Assembly (NCBI GenBank): GCA_003165355.1
Contig: PLTG01000021.1
Location: forward strand, 334 to 64,333
Reading direction: 5' to 3'
Length of the DNA stretch: 64,000 nt
Source: Candidatus Babelota bacterium
Lineage (GTDB): Bacteria > Babelota > Babeliae > Babelales > Babelaceae
Of this stretch, positions 54,861 to 62,384 are shown piece after piece (the stretch's first letter is position 1; each line of letters begins with the position of its first letter). The position numbers and the translations under genes are program-made. Under the pieces are notes generated by a model that saw nothing but the letters and a program-made list of their open reading frames with translations, was not told where the DNA came from and made no database searches.

Positions 54861-56690
54861 ATGAAAAAAATAATCTTGATAATTTTATTAGCAGTTACGC
54901 AAATGCATGCTGCACAAGTTGGTCTTTCGAAACAGCGTATAGTAAGTCCGATGCAGCAATTACAAGAGAAATATCTAATTGAAAAAAATCAAAAGGCTCT
55001 ATTCATTATTCTTAATGAAAACTTGGAAGCGTATCCAAAAGAGAGCATGCAGTCACGTCTTGAATGTTTCTTAAGAACGCAGAATTTCCCTATTATTACT
55101 AAAAAAAATCTTTTAATACGCGTAGTTGATAGTAACCCGGATATTTTTAAAAAAAATAAATGGTTCATTAAAAAATGTGATAACTATGTTCTCCTGGTTC
55201 CATTTGAACAGATTGAGGCCGACGAGTCAATCGATTTAATACCTGGCTTGCCTTCTCATGAACTTACTGATTTAGAAAAAAAATTGGGGCTAAAAATCAA
55301 TCACCTCGAAACGCTTGATCATCAAATTTTTGTATCAAATGAAACAAACAGTTCTAAAATTGTCTCCCGTGTTGTTGATACTATAACAGGCTCTATTAAA
55401 GGCGATATTCTTTTTTCTAAGATAAGAGGACATCATCCCAGATTCAACGATGTTTTATCCAAAATATTTGTCGTCCATACTGATATATACCCAAAAGGAT
55501 CGCATAAAGAAATTCATAAAGAGGAAGCCGAATGGGTGATCATGGCAGCGGGCCATGGTGGAGGAATAGGCATAGACCGGACCTCATTTTGGTCGGTTAT
55601 AGCTGATTTTTCATTGACAGAATTTAAGAAAATGATGGATTTTTTTAAGAGATCGCTCTCTATAAAAGTTGTTTTTATCCAGTCTTGTAGTATCGGCAAA
55701 AATATCGCACAAGATGTATTTACTTCTGAAAATTTAGATAATACGATACAGCAAGCGTATCCTTTTGATATTATTTTTTCGGCTATGGGAGATGAATACA
55801 CATATTTTGAGAAGCATGCATGTGAAAAGGGCGCATATAGTGAATTTATTAAAAAAATAAATGCTACGTCAAACCCAGATTATTATACAATTTTAAATAA
55901 AACTATCGTACAATCACATAGTGAAAATCCAGTGCCCCAAATTCGTTATAAAAATACCGAATACTTTTTACCTGTTTATGCGCTTTCTTCAAAGATTCAG
56001 GACGCCCTCATTATCAGTAATGTTATGGCTGCTACGCGTAAAGAACCGTTAATAATAAAACGCACTATTAAAAATGTAGTACTCTATTCTCCAGTGATCT
56101 CCTTTCCTATTAAATTAGCGAAAGAATTTTTTGGAAACTGGTACTATAAGTTTAAACCATCAGTGGACTTTGTATCTTCTTTTTTTGAAAATAAAGTTAT
56201 TCGCTTTTTTTCTTTGGAAATTGAATATCCGACACAACTTTCCTATAAATGGAAGCAACTGGATTCTGGAAAATTGGGTATATTCTGCGATTTATTGGTT
56301 ATTAATGATTGGGCATCAGTTCCATACCCGGGCGTCGCTGAGCAACAGTTAAGAGAGATTTTTCCCGGTGCAAAAAATGTAGCTGTTGATCCAACTCGCG
56401 CAAATTATTTATTGGGAAAAGTAACATTGTATAATGTAGCTTTCACTAAAGAAGCTGTTACTGGGATGGTAAGGTCACCAGATAATCGTGAATATATTGT
56501 GATATATAAAGATGGCAGTATTATGCAATTAAGCCCTGCGGACAGCACAAAGAAAAAACAGGATTATATTGTTGCCTTTGAAAAAAGATTTGGGAAAATT
56601 CCACAGATGCCAGAAAGCATGAGTAAACTTGATGAATTATTTGAAAAACGTGTAGCGGCGGCGGCTGTTGGGAAGCTGGCAAGCTCTTAA
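54861..56690 (+). CDS. secreted protein, array paralog 5 (divergent)
   Basis: Same leader and AAQVGLSKQRIVSPMQQLQ start. VIMAAGHG (His 55554) and VVFIQSCSIG (Cys 55686). Same AAAAVGKLASS C-terminus as copy 1. The rest is much more divergent. Confidence 0.8.
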   Translation: MKKIILIILLAVTQMHAAQVGLSKQRIVSPMQQLQEKYLIEKNQKALFIILNENLEAYPKESMQSRLECFLRTQNFPIITKKNLLIRVVDSNPDIFKKNKWFIKKCDNYVLLVPFEQIEADESIDLIPGLPSHELTDLEKKLGLKINHLETLDHQIFVSNETNSSKIVSRVVDTITGSIKGDILFSKIRGHHPRFNDVLSKIFVVHTDIYPKGSHKEIHKEEAEWVIMAAGHGGGIGIDRTSFWSVIADFSLTEFKKMMDFFKRSLSIKVVFIQSCSIGKNIAQDVFTSENLDNTIQQAYPFDIIFSAMGDEYTYFEKHACEKGAYSEFIKKINATSNPDYYTILNKTIVQSHSENPVPQIRYKNTEYFLPVYALSSKIQDALIISNVMAATRKEPLIIKRTIKNVVLYSPVISFPIKLAKEFFGNWYYKFKPSVDFVSSFFENKVIRFFSLEIEYPTQLSYKWKQLDSGKLGIFCDLLVINDWASVPYPGVAEQQLREIFPGAKNVAVDPTRANYLLGKVTLYNVAFTKEAVTGMVRSPDNREYIVIYKDGSIMQLSPADSTKKKQDYIVAFEKRFGKIPQMPESMSKLDELFEKRVAAAAVGKLASS

Positions 56691-56797
56691 CAGGAGTCTA
56701 ATTTTTAGAGATTTTCAGGGCCGATTTTAAAGTAGTTAACTGAGAGATTACGAAATTTTTTGCTACCTGTACATATTTGATGCCGAAAGTATTAGGT

Positions 56798-57370
56798 TTA
56801 AGCGCTGTGGATCTGTTTTGCAAAAAGATACAGATTATCATCGTCATCTTCATTTTCATAAGTAGCCATCTTTCCACCGATATAGGTAAAGCCAAGCTTA
56901 TTATAAAATCCTCTTGCAGAGGGCAAGCTTTCAAGAGACATCGAATTATACCCTAAAAGATGGGCAATAGCTGTATTATCAAAAACTTCGATACAAGCAC
57001 GTCCGATGCCCTTATTTCGATAGTCTGCATGGACATCTATGCTATTTATAAAAAAGGCTGTATCTTTTTTGGTACGTAAAAAACTTGCTTTAAAATCAAG
57101 ATAATTATTTTCAGTTTTTAACTTGATGATAAATCCCTTTTTTTTGGGATTTTTAATTATAGTCCCCTGTAATGAGGCACCTGCTTGAGCGAGGGTAATT
57201 TTTTTTGATAATGGAAGTAATTGCAGTGCGAGGGCTGGCTCTAGTGCTTGCCATCTATCAGCAAAACGGATTTGTGCCTCTGAATCGCACGTGATGTTTA
57301 TCGGAAATTCTTGAGCATGCAGCGATATGCTTGCGAGTAATAAGAGCTTAATGATTTGCAGTTTTGCCAT
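56798..57370 (-). CDS. secreted GNAT-family N-acetyltransferase
   Basis: Leader MAKLQIIKLLLLASISLHA. Acetyl-CoA motif A VHADYRNKGIGRACIE, followed by ARGFYNKLGF. Confidence 0.8.
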   Translation of the reverse strand: MAKLQIIKLLLLASISLHAQEFPINITCDSEAQIRFADRWQALEPALALQLLPLSKKITLAQAGASLQGTIIKNPKKKGFIIKLKTENNYLDFKASFLRTKKDTAFFINSIDVHADYRNKGIGRACIEVFDNTAIAHLLGYNSMSLESLPSARGFYNKLGFTYIGGKMATYENEDDDDNLYLFAKQIHSA

Positions 57371-57381
57371 ACTAAAATACC

Positions 57382-58413
57382 TTATTCTTCATCTTGCCAA
57401 GTTAGTAAAACTTTTACTTTGTCTGGTATTTCTGCTGGACGAGTAGTCATCTTTCTACCGCGCAGATCAACTAATTCTAAATCTGGCAATTGACTGAGAA
57501 TCGTCCAATCTGCTTTCATTTTGATAGCGCTATTTTGAACAAGATGCAACTTTCTCAGTTTTTTAAAATTGCGTAGCTCTTCTGGGAGTTTTCTCATATT
57601 GCAATCATTCAATCCTAAATCTTGAACCGATGTTGGAATATATTCCCAATGAACATCAGGAGATGAGAAATCATTATGAACGATCCAAAGATTTTTTAAA
57701 TTATTTAAAGAACGTAACCATTCTGGCAATTGTGTTAAGTCGCATCCCGGTAAAGATAGATCTTCTAATTTTTGAGAAATAGACTCTAGATGATACTGGT
57801 TGTGCAATGAGTTTCCTCTAAGATTTAACCGCTTCAAATGAGTTAAAGAGCTTATTTGCTGGGGTATCTGTGTGAGGCCGTATGCAGTTATTGATAATTT
57901 TTGCAGATTTGTGCATTTCTCTAGTAGGCTGAGATCTAATGGGTTTTGCTCATTGTCTTTTGAATAAAAATAATGAGAAGGCTCACAAATATCGATTTCA
58001 AGTAAATCCCCACTGGCACATTCTTTAAGTGCCTTGTTGAAATTTCGATATCTCCCCCATTGAGTCACAAAATGTCGACTATCAAGTTTTGTGAATGCGA
58101 TCTGCGTCAATATTTTTGTTGCCGTACTTACTTGCTTAAGCTTTAGTATGTCGCCATATAAATAATTTGCCATATGGGTAAAAATTTCCGGTGGTAGCTT
58201 CTCTAATAAACGGGGGTCCCCTTGAGATTCTTGATGCGATTGAGTTGTTGATACGAGTTGCGTATCTTCAGAGGCCACAGGCTGGGCTAATGGTTGTTGA
58301 ATAAGGCGGCTTAAGGTAAGCCCACAATGAATATTTGATAAAAAGCTTATACAGAAAATTATGAATATGTGATATAACTTCGTAAAAAGTTTAATGATTT
58401 GCAGTTTTGCCAT
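57382..58413 (-). CDS. F-box / leucine-rich-repeat protein (eukaryote-like)
   Basis: ATG at 58413 gives MAKLQIIKLF plus a hydrophobic leader. The F-box-like LEKLPPEIFTHMANYLYGDILKLKQVS spans about nt 58084-58212. This is followed by LxxLxL repeats (LQKLSITAYGLTQIP, LKRLNLRGNSL, LEDLSLPGCDLTQLP and others). Confidence 0.8.
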   Translation of the reverse strand: MAKLQIIKLFTKLYHIFIIFCISFLSNIHCGLTLSRLIQQPLAQPVASEDTQLVSTTQSHQESQGDPRLLEKLPPEIFTHMANYLYGDILKLKQVSTATKILTQIAFTKLDSRHFVTQWGRYRNFNKALKECASGDLLEIDICEPSHYFYSKDNEQNPLDLSLLEKCTNLQKLSITAYGLTQIPQQISSLTHLKRLNLRGNSLHNQYHLESISQKLEDLSLPGCDLTQLPEWLRSLNNLKNLWIVHNDFSSPDVHWEYIPTSVQDLGLNDCNMRKLPEELRNFKKLRKLHLVQNSAIKMKADWTILSQLPDLELVDLRGRKMTTRPAEIPDKVKVLLTWQDEE

Positions 58414-58414
58414 G

Positions 58415-59248
58415 TTAGAATCCCTGTAAGAAAGTGTTGCCATTTTTGATATTTTTTATGAAATGTATGCCAAAATGGTTAGGTATAAGTGATGCTGCAA
58501 GTTGGCCACCGAAAAAGAACCCTTGTTCGGGAGTTATTGCCATCATTTTCGCTAATGGAGATGTCTTTGCCTCTTTCTCTAAGCGCTCGAGCTGTCGCGC
58601 AAGACGTTCATCAGTCGTAAGATTTTCAGGTGTTGATGTAGCAGGTTTTTGCACTTCAGGATGCTTAAAATAGCGCTCTAAAAGCCAGGGGCCCATAAAT
58701 GATACTGCGGTAGAGCCGACAGCAAGCACACGGACAAGGAGCGTTCCACGCGCGCCGGCAAGAGCACCTGCTTTATTCAGTTTATAGGTACCGTAACGTG
58801 CCTTAAAGGCTTTTTTACTTGCTTCGTCTCTGGCCTTAGGGTCCTGATACGATTCTTCTATAGTAGCATGATCAAGGGTCGTTTGAACTGCCTTTTTTGC
58901 ATGAGCTTCAGCAGCGCCCTTTACGGTATCTGAGACGTTGAGCAAGCCTGAGTTTACTGCAGTTATGAGAGTTAAGGCAAGGGGGAATGCAGCAAATGCT
59001 GCCCCAGATGCTGTTAAAACTGCTGTTTGGCCTTGGGTCATCTGGGGGAGTTCCCACAAATGGGTACGTAGACCAATGCCTTGATTGAGTGCAGCTTGGG
59101 CTATAAAACCTGTAGTAAAATGTGCAGCATAACGAGTAAGTGAGCTTTTATCAAGCTGAAAAGCTGCAGAGTCTTCTTTTTGAGCCATGAGAGGGCTTAA
59201 TGCAAAAGAAAGCAAAAATATCTTTTTATTCAAAAAGTTCATTATCAT
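58415..59248 (-). CDS. secreted or membrane hypothetical protein
   Basis: ATG at 59248 (or 59242) gives the leader MIMNFLNKKIFLLSFALSPLMA and avoids overlap with pepA. Two long hydrophobic segments. The stop lies 1 nt from the F-box gene start. Confidence 0.6.
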   Translation of the reverse strand: MIMNFLNKKIFLLSFALSPLMAQKEDSAAFQLDKSSLTRYAAHFTTGFIAQAALNQGIGLRTHLWELPQMTQGQTAVLTASGAAFAAFPLALTLITAVNSGLLNVSDTVKGAAEAHAKKAVQTTLDHATIEESYQDPKARDEASKKAFKARYGTYKLNKAGALAGARGTLLVRVLAVGSTAVSFMGPWLLERYFKHPEVQKPATSTPENLTTDERLARQLERLEKEAKTSPLAKMMAITPEQGFFFGGQLAASLIPNHFGIHFIKNIKNGNTFLQGF

Positions 59249-59360
59249 GATTATTCCCTGGTTATTTTTATTATTAAATATAAATATATCATAACTGAAA
59301 ATAATGTCAATCTGGGGGGAATGGGTGTGTAGTCTGACGAATGAAGTCTTTTTCTTCTTC

Positions 59361-59369
59361 TGGTATACT
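59361..59369 (+). promoter_or_regulatory. candidate extended -10 element upstream of pepA
   Basis: TGGTATACT, the same 9-mer as at 8880-8888, lies about 39 nt upstream of the pepA ATG. Confidence 0.3.
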
Positions 59370-59407
59370 ACTGATGTGATAATTTTTATTATTAAGAAAG
59401 AGCCATT

Positions 59408-60922
59408 ATGATTACTTTTAAACTTGCTGATCAGCATATACTGAATCAAGAGGCTGATTTATATGTGGGGTTTTGCCCTCAAAATGCCATCCCAGAAAAC
59501 ATTATAAGAGATTTTACCTCGCTCTATGCCCCGCTTAATGATCTTATTAAAAAAAGAAATTTTGCAGGTGCTGCAGGAAGCCAATTGGTTATCTCCGCCG
59601 CGCGTAATAACAAAGCGGTAACGCTTATGCTTGTCGGTCTCGGGTCTGAAAAAAAGTCTCAGGCAGACAGGTTAGAAAATGCGCGTCGAGCAATGGGTTT
59701 AGTGGTAAGAACAGTAGAGCATACCAAATCAACGCATGCCGCCGTTCTTTTACCCGATCACCACTGGTTTGCAATCAATGAATTTGAATTGACTAAAGAG
59801 CTTGTTGCAACGGCGATGATGGCAGGTTACCATTTTGACCAATTTATTACCGATGCAGCTGCAAAACTAACACAAAATTGTGAAATTACTCTCTGCGCTC
59901 CGGCGATTTTACATAATCAAATTTCAGTTGGTGTAGAATTTGGTCAACGTATTGGCCATGCGGTCAACCAAGCGCGCCAATGGTGCGATTTGCCCGCCGA
60001 TATTTTAACGCCAACTATTTTAGCTGAGCATGCTGCACGCATTGCAAAAGTGCATGATTTGAAGGCTACTATTTTTGATGAAGCGACCGTCAAAAAAATG
60101 GGCATGGGTGGCCTTGCAGGAGTTTCAGCAGGTTCTGCACAAGAGTGTAGATTTGTAGCTATTGAATATAAGAGTGGTCACCAAGATGCCCCTACTCTTG
60201 TATTAACGGGTAAGGGTGTCACCTTCGATTCAGGCGGCATTAGTATTAAGCCCGCAAATCGTATGGACGAGATGAAAGATGATATGGCTGGCGCAGCTGC
60301 GGTGATCTCTACGATGGAGGCCATTGCGCATCTTAAACCGCGCGTGAATGTTATCGGTATTACGCCAATTGCTGAAAACATGCCGAGCGGCACTGCGATC
60401 AAGCCGGGCGATATTATTACTTTTTATAACGGCATGACTGCGGAAGTTAAAAACACTGACGCAGAAGGGCGCTTAATTTTAGCTGACGCGTTATCCTATG
60501 CCGTTAAACATTATAAGCCTGATGCGATTATTAATGTGGCAACTTTGACTGGTTCATGTGCCGCTGCGCTCGGGCCATTCTTTGCGGGTATGATGAGTAA
60601 CCATGACGATCTGGTTGAAAAATTAACCAAAGCATCAAAACGCTCCGGCGACAGGCTCTGGAGATTGCCGTTTCATGATGATTACAAAAAGGCGGTTCGC
60701 TCAAGTGTGGCAGACATCTGTAACATTGGTAATGAAACATATAAAGCTGGGGCTATTACGGCTGGGTTCTTCTTGCAAAATTTTGTCGGTGATACGCCAT
60801 GGGTACATTTGGATATTGCGGGCACCTCGTTTAATGTTCCTGATATGAGCTACTATCGCCCGGGAGCTACTGGTTTTGGCGTTCGATTATTTATAGACTT
60901 TTTGATGCATTTTGAAGAATAA
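59408..60922 (+). CDS. pepA: leucyl aminopeptidase (M17)
   Basis: VGKGVTFDSGGISIKP-like LTGKGVTFDSGGISIKP, and NTDAEGRLILADAL. Confidence 0.96.
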   Translation: MITFKLADQHILNQEADLYVGFCPQNAIPENIIRDFTSLYAPLNDLIKKRNFAGAAGSQLVISAARNNKAVTLMLVGLGSEKKSQADRLENARRAMGLVVRTVEHTKSTHAAVLLPDHHWFAINEFELTKELVATAMMAGYHFDQFITDAAAKLTQNCEITLCAPAILHNQISVGVEFGQRIGHAVNQARQWCDLPADILTPTILAEHAARIAKVHDLKATIFDEATVKKMGMGGLAGVSAGSAQECRFVAIEYKSGHQDAPTLVLTGKGVTFDSGGISIKPANRMDEMKDDMAGAAAVISTMEAIAHLKPRVNVIGITPIAENMPSGTAIKPGDIITFYNGMTAEVKNTDAEGRLILADALSYAVKHYKPDAIINVATLTGSCAAALGPFFAGMMSNHDDLVEKLTKASKRSGDRLWRLPFHDDYKKAVRSSVADICNIGNETYKAGAITAGFFLQNFVGDTPWVHLDIAGTSFNVPDMSYYRPGATGFGVRLFIDFLMHFEE

Positions 60923-60950
60923 TAACTATCACACTACTTTTTGGAGATTT

Positions 60951-61256
60951 ATGAAAAAGCTAGCTTTATCCGTGACGCTTGCGATCACCGCAATAACCCT
61001 TCATGCATGTGGCGACCATCCCGAGCATGAACACGCATCCGCTCCTGTGGATATAAAGGAAGCTGACGCAGAGTGTAGAGAAATCCTTGAGTTTATTTTA
61101 GCTCAAGAAAATAACCTCAAAGCTGATGATCTTTTTAAGCGGCGAGATACTATACTTGCCCGAGGGACTTTAACTGATAAATGTAAAATTGTTCTATCGT
61201 TACTTGAATTACACATTTCCGAGCATATCAAAAGAAAAGACACAGGCTTAATGTAA
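60951..61256 (+). CDS. putative lipoprotein
   Basis: ATG at 60951 lies behind ggaga. MKKLALSVTLAITAITLHACG carries a lipobox. The track ORF starts at 60912, inside pepA. Confidence 0.6.
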   Translation: MKKLALSVTLAITAITLHACGDHPEHEHASAPVDIKEADAECREILEFILAQENNLKADDLFKRRDTILARGTLTDKCKIVLSLLELHISEHIKRKDTGLM

Positions 61257-61261
61257 TTATA

Positions 61262-61292
61262 ATAAGGGGCGAGAGAATCGCCCCTTATTCTT
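61262..61292 (+). terminator. rho-independent terminator
   Basis: Hairpin aaggggcg-agagaa-tcgcccctt followed by a T-rich run. Confidence 0.7.
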
Positions 61293-61358
61293 TATTGTGG
61301 TTTTAGATCTATTTCATTTACCATAAATATAAGTTTGTATGTTAATTGGGGGTAAAGC

Positions 61359-62384
61359 ATGAAAAAGATAGTTATAGGATTGTTACTATACGTACAGCAT
61401 GGATACGGTATTGAGCCGATCGGCTTAACAAACCTGGGTAATACCTGCTACATCAATTCGACTTTGCAATGTTTAGGTGCTATTCCAGAGTTAAGAAACT
61501 ATATCTTTAAATTTAGCTCGCACGATCCATTAACAGAAGAATTTAAAAGAATGCTCAAAAGCCCTATTGCTGGCCCGAAAGCGTTTGTAGAATGCGTCTC
61601 TGAAACCGGGATAATGGGTAAATTAGCAATTAATGCGCAACAGGACGCCGCCGAATTTTATGAAAAATTGATAAATAAATTACAACCGCAAGAAACAATA
61701 CACAATTTATTTCGCATCAATACAAAAATGGACACAATTTCTGCAAGCCGTGAATTTAAGCGTGAGCCCGTAATACAAGAAAGCACTATATTAAGAATCG
61801 GGTCACAATTTGTAACCAAGCAAAAGGGGATGTCGATTGAGGCTCTTATTAAAAATTATTTTTTGATTCCCCAAGAAGATACCATTCAAGTAGAAAGAGA
61901 TGGCGTCAATAAAGAATTTGATATTAAAGAAAAAAATAGTGGCCTGCATCTTTCCCCAATTCTGGTTGTTGCTGTGCCGCGTTTTGATATGGAGGGCAAT
62001 AAAATAAAAACGCCTCTATGGTCCAACATGAAGCCTCTTATTCTTACCGATGCTAAAAAAAATAAACATACCTATAACCTTTTAGGGTGCGTTTTACATG
62101 CAGGCGAAACGGTAGATAGTGGCCACTATACTGCAGTAGCACGATATGATAATGAATGGTTTTATTGTGATGATACGCAAGTGAGCCTTCAAGCGGAAAG
62201 CCAAGTGGGAGCGCGTTTAAGTAATCAAGATAATTTCGATTCTTACCTCTACTTTTTTAGAAAAGATTTCCCCCTCACATTGCAGCAAGTAGCCGACGAA
62301 GAAAAGAAATCACACTATCGGGGAGATCGGATCGTTCAAAAACAATTACCATTTCAACGTGGTCTGGCTGATGTTATTGAATGA
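61359..62384 (+). CDS. USP/UBP-type ubiquitin-specific cysteine protease (C19-like) with signal peptide
   Basis: Cys box GLTNLGNTCYINSTLQCL (Cys codon 61446), a QQDAAEF motif, and His box GHYTAVARYDNEWFYCDDTQV. Leader MKKIVIGLLLYVQHGYG. Confidence 0.85.
   Translation: MKKIVIGLLLYVQHGYGIEPIGLTNLGNTCYINSTLQCLGAIPELRNYIFKFSSHDPLTEEFKRMLKSPIAGPKAFVECVSETGIMGKLAINAQQDAAEFYEKLINKLQPQETIHNLFRINTKMDTISASREFKREPVIQESTILRIGSQFVTKQKGMSIEALIKNYFLIPQEDTIQVERDGVNKEFDIKEKNSGLHLSPILVVAVPRFDMEGNKIKTPLWSNMKPLILTDAKKNKHTYNLLGCVLHAGETVDSGHYTAVARYDNEWFYCDDTQVSLQAESQVGARLSNQDNFDSYLYFFRKDFPLTLQQVADEEKKSHYRGDRIVQKQLPFQRGLADVIE

Noticed and set aside
47547-56690. Interpreting the five-paralog array as autotransporters, RHS/polymorphic toxins, adhesins with internal repeats, or a transposon-borne duplication.
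   Set aside because: There is no C-terminal beta-barrel-like alternating pattern, no YD/RHS or internal tandem repeats, no downstream immunity-like small ORFs, and no transposase or inverted repeats at the array ends. Similarity runs full-length between the copies, not within any one copy.
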